DNA of 64,000 bases from an uncultured delta proteobacterium (GCA_963712115.1 CAVQGX010000018.1:64001-128000); one strand, 5' to 3'. Shown: positions 1 to 11,778, counted from the first letter of the stretch. Program-made: numbers and translations. The notes: generated by a model from the sequence alone, not told the origin.

Positions 1-2330
1 CCAGCTTGGGGAAAAGGCGCGAGATGCTGTGGTAAGCTTTGGTCACAGACTGGCGCAGCTGCATACTCACATTGGGCCTGGGGATCCCCTTAGCTTCATT
101 CCAGCGACGCTCAACTTCTTCACTGGAACTTTTAAGATCGATACCCTTGGGAGGGGGTCTTACTGGTGCTTTTTTCCTTTTAAGTAACTCGTCGAGCTTT
201 AGGCCTCCGGGAGGGATCATTTTCGAGATTTGGCCTTTAATGCTGGCCTTCTTTTTCTGGCCTCGCTCAATAGAGATGGCACCGGTTTCACTTCTTAAGA
301 TTTGCTTTCCTTCGCGGAATAATCTCAAGGCGAGATGCCTAACCTTAGTCCAAACGTCATCCAAAGCTTGTTTTAGCTGCTGATTGAAAGTTTGATATTT
401 AGTGTGTCCCTGGCGAATCAAATGCTTACTAACGGTCAACAAGTCAGCATATACCCTGGGTCCTTCCTTCATTTGAGTTGAAAAGGATCCTCGCTCGCTT
501 CGTAGGGATTTGACCACTCGGCCTCGTGCCTCTTCATAGTCTTGCAAGGTTTGCAGGGCATCCCGGTAACCTTTGACCTGCCTTCTATTGAAATCAGGAT
601 AACGCTCTTGGATCTTCGCATTGCGCTCTCGAACACTTTTTAACTGCAGAATGTCAAGGTCCTCTGTCTTTGCTTCAGGAATTTGCGGTGCTGGCCTTTT
701 CCCTTTCGCTAGCCTCAGTTCATCTACACCATAGAGCTCCGGTGACTCTTTGTCTTCAACCAATATGTGCCTGGATTGTGGCCCTATTTCCTCGGTCGGC
801 GCCACGATTACTCCCGGGCCGTCCGGCGTCTCGACTCGATCACCAACAGCGAAAAGTGGCTTTCCCACGGCTTCGGGCTTTGACGCCCTGACAGCTTCCA
901 TTTCGATCTCTGCGGCGTTTTCTAGACCCTCAAGGGTTTCCGGATAAACGGATGGTTCGACGTCAGGTTCAGATTGTTGTTTCTCTGTGGTTTCGCTAGG
1001 TTCTACGTCGATTGCTTCGCCTTCGGCACGTCCCTCCAATATTTCATCTAATTCTTTGCCAACGAAAGGATGGCCCTCTTCGACCTCCCTTTCGAGATCC
1101 TCAACTGTTCTTGCTTCTGGGACTGGCTGCGCTGGCGCTTCAGCTTCAGGTGCTATCGCTTCTGCGCCTCGATGGATAACCAAACCACCACCGGCAGCTA
1201 TGCCGCCCAGGGTGCCGCCGATCGCTCCGGAATAAGCAGCACGTTTGGTTGTTTCCGCAAACTGATCAAAGAATGTCTCGACCTTTTCAACTGCACTTTT
1301 ATCCGGATTCTCCGCGAAGATAGTAGTTGCTGCGTCTGGATATTCCTGAATGAATTCGGTAATGGCCTCACGCCCCATGGCTTCGCCCAGAGCTTTCAGC
1401 TTGCCGATCAGGACCTTTTGCGGCTTCCAGAACTTTAGTGCCCCTTCAAGACCTACCTGCTCGAGCGGGACTTGCATCACAGCATTGGCAAAAGATGATG
1501 CAAAAGCACGCTTGGGATCCACTCCTTGAGATACGAGATTTTCGTACTGGCCACCCATGATCTGAGCGCCGATCATGGACATGCTTGCGATGCTTCCAGC
1601 TCGCCGTGCAATTTGCTCTGCCACTTCTTTGGTGATCTCGCGCCGTGCGAGCTTTGCACCTATCTTCAAGCCTTTTTTGGTCAGGCCGACTGCGGTAAGA
1701 AATGAAGCTATTTGCGTTCCATATTGAGGGGCTGACCTTAATTACGTCCTCCCAAAAGCCAGCTGATTTCCCTTCGTATTCAGGCGAAACTGCCAGTTCA
1801 GGCCGTTCCGCGATCGACTGGACGGCATCTGCCATTCTGTTTGAGCGTTTCTCCTTGAAGTTCCAGATTCATCCATTCAGGGCGATGAGTCATTAAGCCC
1901 CCTCCAGGGCGAGCCCCTGGTGCTAATTCCTCTGCCCATCTCTGCCAGTTCACCGTATGCTCGTAAGTGGTGCTTCAATGCCTTTCAGAGCGCTTCGGGC
2001 AACATCTTTAGTCCCTTGCCAGAGTGCTCCACCGAGTCGGCCAAGGGAATATTCCGGCCATCTTCTTCGGCAGCCACTATTCCTTGCTTGTGGACCTCGC
2101 AAATAGCGAGACAGAAGGCTTTGTTCCTCCTATTCGACTTGAGTCTTCAAGGTCATCTAGCGCTATTTCCGAGCCCAGTGGACTTCAGAATTGATTTTGC
2201 AACCTCTGAGGTAGCTCTAGTCCTGGAGGTTAATTTCAAGATGTCGATCTCAAGAGTAAGCATCCTGATGATCGGTATGGTCCTTTTTGGATTGTTTCTT
2301 TCGTTAACACCCGTAGCCACCTTCTCCCTT
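1..2330 (-). CDS. Large phage internal-virion/DNA-ejection-like protein, frameshifted at its 5' end, runs off the window
   Basis: Manual translation gives a minus frame open from ~1741 to position 1 (SAPQYGTQIASFLTAVGLTKKG...EAITEFIQEYPDAATT...GAIGGTLGGIAAGG...). It is missing from the ORF track because it has no stop in the window. Upstream fragments (1446..1835 ORF and others) join through single-base indels. Function inferred from composition and context. Confidence 0.55.
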
Positions 2331-3006
2331 AACTCCCCATCCCCACTCATCGGTAGCTGTCTTTATCCTACCTTCTTCAACCGGCATTAGACCGAGCAGG
2401 CTCAAGGCAAGATCCAAATAGGGACTGTATTCGGGTTGGGTCCTCAACCATTCTTGAAATGTTGCCGTAAGGCTCTTGTTCTTCGATGCCGCGCTGCATC
2501 TCACCAACTTGCCGCCATTACCTGTGGCAGTTCCAAGGTGGCAAAGCGTTCATAGGCATCGTATTTCTCAGCACCGATCATGCTTTCTTCTGCGCTTCGT
2601 GTCTTTTTAAGATCAAGCTGTGATTTGACCATATCGCTTGAATGTTGAAGGCCCATGCTTGCCATTTTGCGATCCGAGCAGGGATTCTTCTTCTTCCCAT
2701 GCAGGTGCTAAAAATTCGCGTCTTGCACCGAGGAAGTCTTTGACCCGATCTTTCCAGTCTTCAGGGCCGCCGAATTTTAGTCCCCCCAGCTGTTTAAAGG
2801 CTTTTGTTTGCAAAGCACTAGGGCCGCTGGTTCCAGGTAATTTACCGCTCATAAGGTGTTGCACCCTTGCCGATCAAAGGCGTGAGGTAGCCAGCAAACT
2901 CTTTTGACAACTCTCGCTGTTCTTTTGTCCATCGTTTTATGTCTTTGTCGGTTTTGGATTTGCCGTGCTGCTCCTCGTACCAACCTGTTAGACTTCCTCC
3001 GAACAT
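2304..3006 (-). CDS. Frameshifted phage protein, possible DNA pilot/ejection-type
   Basis: SD AAGGAGG followed by ATG at 3006 (MFGGSLTGWYEEQHGK...). Pieces continue through ORFs 2613..2864 and 2304..2507 (QPEYSPYLDLALSLLGLMP) with apparent indels. Confidence 0.4.
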
Positions 3007-3245
3007 GGCTATTCCTCCTTTATTTCTAGGATTTCTCTTGCTTTCGACGAAATGCGTTCTGACATTGGCTTCTCGCCCTTAAGGATTCGAGAAACGAACG
3101 ACTGCGAAACTGCGAAGTTGTGCAAATTTATTGATGCTCATATCCCGACGTTTGAGCTCACTTCTTTAGTTGCTCTGCAGTCACCAGCAAACCCGTCTCT
3201 GGTTTTCGCCGGCAACTTGGTCGTAACTTTCCTCGTTGGTGGCTG

Positions 3246-3819
3246 TCAGCTCTTCACCGGGATCCGGATGCTCTTCTTCCTTTTCTCTCTGGGATTTGCA
3301 AGAAATGCAGCCACGTCTTTTTCGCGGTATGTTAAAAAGTGCGGGTGTAGCTCCTGAACTCGTCCAGTAATCGTCCATTCATTGTCACCCTCGACTATTC
3401 GCTCAGTTAAAGCGCGAAGAATTTCCACCTTCTTTTGGTGTCGGTTTGTTCTGTTGCAGGTGGGCACTGGCCTGGTTTTGCCGTAGCTCGAGTATAGGAA
3501 GAGTAAGGCCGCACTCAAAAATGGACTGGCGCAAGATAGAAATTTGCTGTCGGCATTCCTCAACGTCGGCGTTATCCACCTCGCCTAGAATTTGGGCAGC
3601 CAAAATGTCGGGGAAGGAGAGTTGAGCGGTTTCAAGTTTTTTCTGCATCTCAATCATTTTGTTTTGCACCTGGAAAGTTGCAGCGGCAATTTGGGTCGCT
3701 TTCTCATCAATCTGTTTGACCGCTTGGTCGGCTTTTTGGAATAGTTGGTCGATAATTAATTGCATAGTTTTCCTCTCCTCCCAATCTCTCTGCATTTCGT
3801 TCGTAGTAACATTCGCCAT
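3246..3819 (-). CDS. Coiled-coil hypothetical phage protein, probably one gene split by a frameshift
   Basis: ORF 3403..3819 overlaps 3246..3563; the sequence appears to switch frame near 3440. Confidence 0.5.
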
Positions 3820-3841
3820 CGAGCACTTCTTATGACCTAAA

Positions 3842-4819
3842 TTAAAAATCGATATCTAGCACCTTAGGAAGGCTATCTTCCACATCAGGTATTTGTCCAT
3901 ATAAGGCATTCGTATCCGTCTCCTGGGGCTCGTATTTTTCGTTCATTGATTTTTGCATCTGCTGAAACCTATTCCGGGCAATAGCTTTTACGTATCCGGT
4001 CACGTTTTGCTTGTTAAAAGAGAATTTCTTGTCTGCTGCTCTTTCTAAAGTAACCTCAAGCGCAGCGCACAGGCACTCAGCACAAGTTTCACCGCATAGA
4101 GCTATCAACTCGTTTAAGATCGTCTGTACTCGTCGACTGCTAATGGTTTGGGTTTTGTTCTCAAGTCGGGCTTTATCGAGAAAAGAGATTATTAGCTTTT
4201 GGGTTTTTTCTGATTGCTCACAAAAATCAGGTAGGGAAATGAGAAGACCGTTTAGGTCTTCGAGTTTTCCACAAGATATATTCTTTATAATTTTTTTACA
4301 TTCTTGTTTGTGTCCAGCAACCGTTACCTTACCGTTACTTTCATCGTTACTTTCATCCCCCAACCTTCCTTGATAAGTAGGCCAATTTGCTATGGTTATT
4401 AGCGTAAATGAACCGTTACTTTTAAGGCGTTGTTCGTGAGGCGATTGTGAGTTCATTGTGAGGACGGTCTTTTCGATTACAATCATTCCCTGGGACTCAA
4501 ACCACTTCAGAATGACGCGAATAGTTTTTTTGTTCGGTTTCTTTTTGACATGTCTTTGGTAGTGGCTTACCCCTTCAGCAATCTTATCCATAGAGGTCAG
4601 TACCTGGCCTGTCTTTACAATAACAATGCCTGTTTTCCCCATAGATACTCGGCACCCCTTATGATTCGCCTTCCAAAGCAACCAAGTCCACACACGGTGA
4701 TAAAGTGGGGGCATTCTCCAGACCATAGAGTCCTCTGTTTTTCTCCAACTTTTGACGTAACCTCTATGCATCCTCATCACCTCCAAACCGGGCGGCATAG
4801 AGATCTTGGATTTGCTCAA
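3842..4819 (-). CDS. Phage replication initiator (lambda O/DnaD-like)
   Basis: N-terminal GYVKSWRK...VWTWLLWKANH...KTGQVLTS...FTLITIANWPTYQ pattern of phage replisome organisers; adjacent to DnaB. Confidence 0.75.
   Translation of the reverse strand: MSKSKISMPPGLEVMRMHRGYVKSWRKTEDSMVWRMPPLYHRVWTWLLWKANHKGCRVSMGKTGIVIVKTGQVLTSMDKIAEGVSHYQRHVKKKPNKKTIRVILKWFESQGMIVIEKTVLTMNSQSPHEQRLKSNGSFTLITIANWPTYQGRLGDESNDESNGKVTVAGHKQECKKIIKNISCGKLEDLNGLLISLPDFCEQSEKTQKLIISFLDKARLENKTQTISSRRVQTILNELIALCGETCAECLCAALEVTLERAADKKFSFNKQNVTGYVKAIARNRFQQMQKSMNEKYEPQETDTNALYGQIPDVEDSLPKVLDIDF
4270..4421. other. Putative replication origin inside the initiator gene (iterons plus AT-rich tract)
   Basis: CGTTACYTT repeats at ~4322, 4333, 4346 and 4414; AT-rich stretch at 4273-4305. 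Confidence 0.55.
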
Positions 4820-5033
4820 TCATCTCGTTTTCATCACCATCAAAAGTAATCTGGCCGTTTTCGTCAGCGAGCTCACAGAGAAGTCGAAAGAGCTTGACCC
4901 CTTCTTCACCCATTTCACGGCGAATTCGCTTCACCAGCTTTTTGGGGATTACAACATCACCCTGCAGTTTCTTGATCTGTAATTTACTCATGTGCTCGAT
5001 CTTCAAACCTTGTATATTGAGCTTGCCAAACAA
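4764..5033 (-). CDS. Small hypothetical phage protein
   Basis: ORF overlapping the DnaB stop and initiator start; likely true start near 4991 (MSKLQIKK). Confidence 0.5.
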   Translation of the reverse strand: MFGKLNIQGLKIEHMSKLQIKKLQGDVVIPKKLVKRIRREMGEEGVKLFRLLCELADENGQITFDGDENEMIEQIQDLYAARFGGDEDA

Positions 5034-6363
5034 GGCTAACTGTACCTGTAGGTCCTTTCCGATTTTTCGCTATGTTCACTTCAGCTAGGCCGGCATGTCC
5101 TTTCGTGCATTCGCTTTTTTTGCCCTTGGCACAAAACTGGCAGTAATGTTGGTCTTGATAGAGAAGTAATACCAAGTCTGCATCTTGTTCAATATCCCCA
5201 GATTCACGCAGATCTGAAAGAAGAGGTCGCTTATTTTCTCGAGACTCGCATGAACGATTAAGCTGGCTCAGAAGCAGTACCGGCACTTTTAACTCACGCG
5301 CTAACGCCTTCATGGTTCTGGTCGTTTCCCCTATTTCCAGATACCTCTGTTTTTCTCGCCTGTCCGATCTGATCAATTGCAAGTAATCAATCGTGACCAG
5401 GGCAAGTCCTTTCATCCTCGCCTTTGCTTGACGGGCGAGAAATCGTATCTGTTGAGCGGTTAATGATGGTGAATCGTTGGCAAGGATGGGGAGTTCCGCC
5501 AGGTCGCCGGCTGCGTGCACAAGTCGAGTCCAGTCCTCCGCCTTGAGGTGCCCACTCTGGATCAACTGCGAGGGTATCTTGGCTCGGCTGCTAAGGGATC
5601 TATCGGCCAACGAATCAGCATCCATTTCCAGAGTGAAGATCGCCACGGGGCCTGCTTGCGCAACGTGTTCGGCTATTTGCTGAGCTATGGCGCTTTTGCC
5701 CATGCTCGGACGGCCTGCCAGCACGATAAGATCTCCATCTTGCAAACCGTTAGTCAATTTATTTAAGCCAACAAAAGGAGTAGGAGCGCCGCTTACATAA
5801 TTAGGGTGCTTGGTGCGAGCCTCTATCCGACGGATTCCGTCTTTCACAAGAGTACGCATGTCTGTGAAATGGGTGTTGGTCCCACAATATTCGACGTTTG
5901 TCAGTTCTGACGAAATTCGAGCTATGACCTCTTCGATCGGCTGCTCTTCATCAGTAACCATCTCCATGGCACCATGAAGCAGAGAGATTGTTGATCGTCG
6001 TACTGCTTTCTCCTTGATGATCCTGGCATAGTTTGCGAGTGATTCACTGGTAAGGCTGGGAGTGAGATCCATTAGGTGGGCGATGTAAGAGGCTCCTCCT
6101 ACATCGTCAAGTTTTTTCCTCTCACGCAGAGCATTGTTGAGGCTTACAGAGTCAATCGGTTCGCCTTGGGCGTCTAACCCCAGCATAGTGCTGAATATGA
6201 CACGGTGAGCTCCCCGGTAGAACCATTCTGGCCGGATCTCAACATCAGGGGGAATGGCGCCTGAAAGGAGGATTCCGCCAATCAGTGAAGATTCTGCGTC
6301 AAGATTATGTGGTGGGACTCTCTGCATTGCTTGTTTCCTCGTCGGTCTTGGAGAGACGGTCAA
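4984..6363 (-). CDS. dnaB: Replicative DNA helicase (element-encoded)
   Basis: PPHNLDAESSLIG N-terminus, Walker A GRPSMGKS, IDYLQL, LSQLNR, RPLLSDLRESGDIEQDAD, AKNRKGPTG. Confidence 0.95.
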   Translation of the reverse strand: MTVSPRPTRKQAMQRVPPHNLDAESSLIGGILLSGAIPPDVEIRPEWFYRGAHRVIFSTMLGLDAQGEPIDSVSLNNALRERKKLDDVGGASYIAHLMDLTPSLTSESLANYARIIKEKAVRRSTISLLHGAMEMVTDEEQPIEEVIARISSELTNVEYCGTNTHFTDMRTLVKDGIRRIEARTKHPNYVSGAPTPFVGLNKLTNGLQDGDLIVLAGRPSMGKSAIAQQIAEHVAQAGPVAIFTLEMDADSLADRSLSSRAKIPSQLIQSGHLKAEDWTRLVHAAGDLAELPILANDSPSLTAQQIRFLARQAKARMKGLALVTIDYLQLIRSDRREKQRYLEIGETTRTMKALARELKVPVLLLSQLNRSCESRENKRPLLSDLRESGDIEQDADLVLLLYQDQHYCQFCAKGKKSECTKGHAGLAEVNIAKNRKGPTGTVSLVWQAQYTRFEDRAHE

Positions 6364-6480
6364 TAATCTCGTCGATCTCTCGTAGTTGAGTGTTCACTTC
6401 ATCGCGGAGATCCAATAAAGCCGCACGTTTTCCGCGCCAAAAGTCGATATCGCTCACAGCATTCCCTTCGAGTTAAGGGT

Positions 6481-6729
6481 TTAAAGATCCGAAAGAACGT
6501 CTTCGACAATTGCATCAACCTGGCTGCCGTTCACGCGGAACTTCTCCAGCCATGCATCAATATCGCCATAGGCCACCAGAATGGTTCCCGAAGACAAGCG
6601 GAAGTGGGAGAGCCCATCTTTGAGCCAATCACGGAAGGTGCGGATACTCACGCCAGCATACTTGGCTACCGGACCGATCTTGGCGTATCCACGAAGGTCT
6701 GATGTCCTATCTGTGCACCCCAGATTCAT
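6481..6729 (-). CDS. Excisionase/AlpA-like HTH DNA-binding protein
   Basis: AKIGPVAKYAGVSIRTFRDWLKDGL...IDAWLE, a MerR-type HTH_17 pattern. Confidence 0.7.
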   Translation of the reverse strand: MNLGCTDRTSDLRGYAKIGPVAKYAGVSIRTFRDWLKDGLSHFRLSSGTILVAYGDIDAWLEKFRVNGSQVDAIVEDVLSDL

Positions 6730-6904
6730 TTTGACAATCCTGCCTATTAGCCCAGCCGTGGTCGCGCCAATTTATGCCCTGCTCCTGCAAATGACGCTGG
6801 ACAGCCTGTCGAACTTCCACAGATACTGATGAAAGATTTCGCCTGGCAGCTTCGCGCAACGCCGTCACCAAGCTCTCGTCAGCTTTGACCGAAATAAGTG
6901 CCAT
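6707..6904 (-). CDS. Ribbon-helix-helix (Arc/CopG-like) regulator
   Basis: LISVKADESLVTALREAARRNLSSVSVEVRQAVQRHL; SD TAGGAGG upstream. Confidence 0.65.
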   Translation of the reverse strand: MALISVKADESLVTALREAARRNLSSVSVEVRQAVQRHLQEQGINWRDHGWANRQDCQNESGVHR

Positions 6905-7065
6905 AGTCTTTAGCCTCCTAAAAACATCTGCGCGGTCATTGTGCCTCTTTGGGAAGTTGGTTTGTGCTTGGAACTATCTTAAATTATTTTGAGTATGACG
7001 ATACACCACCACGTCATAGCCTTGCAAAATGGGCAAATTTAAAAAATTTCTGAACAGAGTTGTTT

Positions 7066-7713
7066 CTAAGTGGAAGATTTTTTGGCCGGATCTGGGTGGA
7101 GGCATTCAGATGGTAAGGATCGTGAAACGGCTCGTATCTGATCTCCAAGTTTTTGACCAGACTCCTCATGGTCAATTCTTTCCAAAAAAGCATTGGCAAA
7201 ACGGAAAAAAGGACCCTTATAGTCAGTGCTGTCTGGAGGACGACTCAATCCTGCCTTTTTGCCAGTCGTTAAAACGTAGATCTTAATAAGGTCTTCAATC
7301 AGAGCTTTTAAGGCGATTTTTGGTGCCCCTCTTTTATCATGGGGAAGATTGTCGAGAGCAAAGTCCGCTGCATTTTTGAGACGATGTACGTCCACTTCAA
7401 TTGCCTCCAAATCAGAAACGCTCAATTTCATAGCAGCCCGAGCCGTGGGACTTAACCCCTTGAAGATATCAACTAATTTTTGACTTTGACGACTTACTTT
7501 TCGAAGATCGTCTCTCACAGGAGCAAGGCGTTCTTTGGTATCAAAAGTTTGCTTAGCCGAGAGATACTTGCGTGCAGCGTCATTGAGTTTTTTCTTGAGT
7601 TCAGCAGTATATGGAACTCCGAGCACCTGTGCTATTTTGTTTAGGTCTTTTTTGGTAAAAGGATCATTCGGGTAATCAGTAATCCCAATAAAGCGTGCTC
7701 TTTTTGAAGTCAT
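7066..7713 (-). CDS. Hypothetical protein of the mobile element
   Basis: 215-aa ORF directly downstream of the C4-like RNA; no recognised motif. Confidence 0.6.
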   Translation of the reverse strand: MTSKRARFIGITDYPNDPFTKKDLNKIAQVLGVPYTAELKKKLNDAARKYLSAKQTFDTKERLAPVRDDLRKVSRQSQKLVDIFKGLSPTARAAMKLSVSDLEAIEVDVHRLKNAADFALDNLPHDKRGAPKIALKALIEDLIKIYVLTTGKKAGLSRPPDSTDYKGPFFRFANAFLERIDHEESGQKLGDQIRAVSRSLPSECLHPDPAKKSST

Positions 7714-7742
7714 CGCTGTCCCTTGCGAATTATCCCAGAGGG

Positions 7743-7799
7743 AGTGTGGCCAGGCGCTGGGACTGAGCGCTCTTCGGATCCGGAATCCTAGGCCACACT
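7743..7799 (-). ncRNA. C4/CI-like antisense RNA structure
   Basis: Closing stem AGTGTGGCC/GGCCACACT enclosing CTAGG..CCGAA and an AGCGCT-CAGTCCC-AGCGC hairpin; the loop is complementary to downstream CTGGGA and near-complementary to GGGACAG before the ATG at 7713. Confidence 0.5.
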
Positions 7800-8057
7800 A
7801 TTTTTGTAGCATTTTACCAACCACTTTGCAAAACATGGAAAAAGGTTGCGTATAGGGCGCAAAACAGGTACAATTTTGTCCACCTTTTTAGGGATTGATC
7901 CTTGTGATTTCAATTACTTACGTGATCTGGGTTAAAACCGATGTTTCTTTACTAACCTCAGGTAGCAAAGACGGGAGGGTAAACCAAGGGCAGTCACAAA
8001 CAGAACGTCAATATTCAAGCACAATGTGGCGCAAGGCTTAAGCAACTGTGTTGCTTG

Positions 8058-9175
<1,118 letters not shown>

Positions 9176-9360
9176 TGGCATTAACAACATACAAGGCGCA
9201 GGGTGCACGGCGAATTCATAGAATCCATTAGCCAGTAGCCAGTAGTCAGGAGCTGAAAGGGACTCGTTTCAGTTCTTATCTTGTGAATACTGGATGCTGG
9301 CTCTTTCACCTTATGCCTCGAGCCTTGCACCTTGTGCCCTAGCATGGGGGAGGAGAAAGC

Positions 9361-11628
9361 GTGACCACAAAAGCTGTTATTGAAGGACAACTAAAAAAAG
9401 AGCGGCTTCTCAACCGTATCACCCATCAGCTACACGACGCCAGGGACTTGGATGAGATTTTACTTTATTTAAAAGATGAAATTATTGCCCTTTTTGATGC
9501 AGAAAGAATCACCGTTTACGGTGTTGATACTGAAAAGCGAGAGATTTTTTCCAAAATAAAAGAGGGTGACGAGGTTAAAGAGATCCGGCTAAACCTTGAA
9601 AAGACCAGTGTGGCTGGTCACACTGCGGTTTCCGGTAAGACCTTCAATGTTGCAGATGTCTACGACTCAGATGAACTCAAGAAGCTAGATGCAGATCTCA
9701 AGTTCGATGATCACTGGGATCAGATCAGCGGATTCAAAACCCGGCAGCTACTCTCTGGTCCCATTTTATACAACAAGTATTTGAAAGGGGTACTTGAGGT
9801 AATCAACAAGGTCGGAGGCGATAGATTTTCTCCAGAAGATGAGAAATATATGGGAGAAATATGCAAGGTGTTGGGGCTCGCCTTCCACAACCAGAGCCGC
9901 ATACAAAGACAACCTTCTAAATTTGACTACCTATTAACCCAACAGATTATCAGTGAAGATGATCTCAACAAGGCTATAGCGAAAGCTAGAGAACAAAAAG
10001 GTGACTTGCCCACCGTTCTGGTCCACGATTTCAACGTGTCCAAGAAGGCTCTAGCCAGGTCGTTTGAAGACTACTATGGTGTCCCCTTCGTCTTCTACGA
10101 AGACAGAATCATCATTCCCTCGGAACTGGTCAGGGGTCTCAATCTCGGATATCTGAAAAGGAATTTCTGGGTGCCCATTCAAAAAGAAGACGGCAAAATG
10201 ATAATAGTAATCGATGATCCGCACAACGCTGAACGGGTTAAAGAGATCAAAAATCTCATGCATGCTGAGGAATATGAGTTCAGGGTGGCGCTGAGGGAAG
10301 ACATCCTTAGCTTCATTGACACTGCTCTCGGCGACGAGGCAGAATCCACTTCGGTCAGTACGATTCTCGGCGAGCTCGAGGGTGAACGTGGGTACAGGGA
10401 AGAAGAGGAAGATGAACTATTGAATGAGAGTGATGCGGGTATAGTCCGACTGGCCAACCAGCTCATAAAAGATGCATATGATCAGGGCTCCTCAGACATC
10501 CACATAGAGCCCTACTTCGGCAAGCAGCCCACAGAGATTCGCTTCCGACGGGATGGAGCCTGCTACAAGTACATGGACGTTCCCCACACCCACTCCAGGC
10601 CCTTGGTGAGTCGGGTCAAAATTATGGCTAAACTGGACATTGCCGAAAAGAGGTTGCCACAAAGCGGCAAAATAAAGCTCAAGTATGGCAAGAGGGATGT
10701 GGAACTGCGGGTGGAAGTTACACCTACCGCCGGTGGAAGAGAGGATATTGTCCTCCGGGTCTTGGCTTCTGGAAAGCCACTACCACTTGAGAAGATGGCT
10801 TTTTCAGAGCCAAATCTCAAGAAGCTGACGGATCTCGCTGAGAAACCATATGGAATAATATTGGTGGTTGGCCCGACGGGCTCAGGCAAGACTACTACCT
10901 TACACTCTGTTCTTGGACACATCAACCGCCCAGAAGTGAAGATCTGGACTGCGGAGGACCCGGTTGAGATATCTCAGTATGGCCTACGCCAGGTGCAAAC
11001 CCACGCCAAGATCGGTTACACCTTTGCGGAGGCCATGAGGTCATTCCTTCGAGCCGATCCAGATGTGATTATGGTCGGTGAAATGCGTGACGCGGAAACA
11101 GCTGCCATCGGATTGGAGGCCTCGCTTACTGGTCATTTAGTGCTGAGCACCCTGCACACCAACAGTGCCCCGGAGACTGTGACCCGCCTTATTGACATGG
11201 GGATGAATCCGTTGAATTTTGCCGATGCCTTGCTGGGTATCCTGGCCCAGCGACTGGTAAGGACTATTTGTCCGGAATGCAGAGAGGGTTACCACCCGGA
11301 GAAGCAAGAATTTGACATCTTGGCGCAAGAATATGGCGAAGATCTTTTCGAGGAACTCAACTTGGACTACAAAGACGACCTTCAGCTTTACCGCGGGCGT
11401 GGCTGTCATAATTGTAACGACAGCGGTTATCGGGGAAGAGCTGGCATACACGAGTTGCTTGTAGCCAGTGAAGAAATCAAAGAACTTATCCAGAATAGAG
11501 CCCACATGGAAGAAATTCGCAGGGCAGCTATAAACGAGGGGATGCGTACTCTCAAACAGGATGGAATTCTTAAGGTCTTCCAGGGTTTGACCGATTTTTC
11601 CCAGGTAAGAAGGGTTTGCATTATCTAG
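9361..11628 (+). CDS. GAF-domain PilB/GspE-family secretion ATPase
   Basis: N-terminal GAF (EVINK...FSPEDE), SDIHIEP, Walker A GPTGSGKTT, LRADPDVIMVGEMRD, GHLVLSTLHTNSA, CxxC...CxxC zinc site. Confidence 0.92.
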   Translation: MTTKAVIEGQLKKERLLNRITHQLHDARDLDEILLYLKDEIIALFDAERITVYGVDTEKREIFSKIKEGDEVKEIRLNLEKTSVAGHTAVSGKTFNVADVYDSDELKKLDADLKFDDHWDQISGFKTRQLLSGPILYNKYLKGVLEVINKVGGDRFSPEDEKYMGEICKVLGLAFHNQSRIQRQPSKFDYLLTQQIISEDDLNKAIAKAREQKGDLPTVLVHDFNVSKKALARSFEDYYGVPFVFYEDRIIIPSELVRGLNLGYLKRNFWVPIQKEDGKMIIVIDDPHNAERVKEIKNLMHAEEYEFRVALREDILSFIDTALGDEAESTSVSTILGELEGERGYREEEEDELLNESDAGIVRLANQLIKDAYDQGSSDIHIEPYFGKQPTEIRFRRDGACYKYMDVPHTHSRPLVSRVKIMAKLDIAEKRLPQSGKIKLKYGKRDVELRVEVTPTAGGREDIVLRVLASGKPLPLEKMAFSEPNLKKLTDLAEKPYGIILVVGPTGSGKTTTLHSVLGHINRPEVKIWTAEDPVEISQYGLRQVQTHAKIGYTFAEAMRSFLRADPDVIMVGEMRDAETAAIGLEASLTGHLVLSTLHTNSAPETVTRLIDMGMNPLNFADALLGILAQRLVRTICPECREGYHPEKQEFDILAQEYGEDLFEELNLDYKDDLQLYRGRGCHNCNDSGYRGRAGIHELLVASEEIKELIQNRAHMEEIRRAAINEGMRTLKQDGILKVFQGLTDFSQVRRVCII

Positions 11629-11778
11629 CCGAAACCTGCCCTTTCAAATATTTTCAACCTAACCGGCGTCTCCTTATAGTCAGATGTAACAGGTTATTAT
11701 TTTTACTGGAATTTAAATAGCTAAAATTGTATGTTGGGATATAGCTACATAGCTCAAAATTAAGCAAGGAGGTAGCAG

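Larger units (their letters stand above)
1..7950 (-). mobile_element. Right end of an integrated prophage or phage-satellite-like element (left part outside window)
   Basis: Co-oriented minus-strand run of Xis/AlpA-like, RHH, DnaB, O-like initiator and virion-like genes. IHF-like site TTTCAATTACTTA at 7908-7920 near the presumed boundary. No integrase in the window; boundary approximate. Confidence 0.75.

Noticed and set aside
4984-6363. Treating dnaB as the host housekeeping copy
   Set aside because: Its neighbours are phage-type initiator and Xis-like genes rather than rplI or other core genes.
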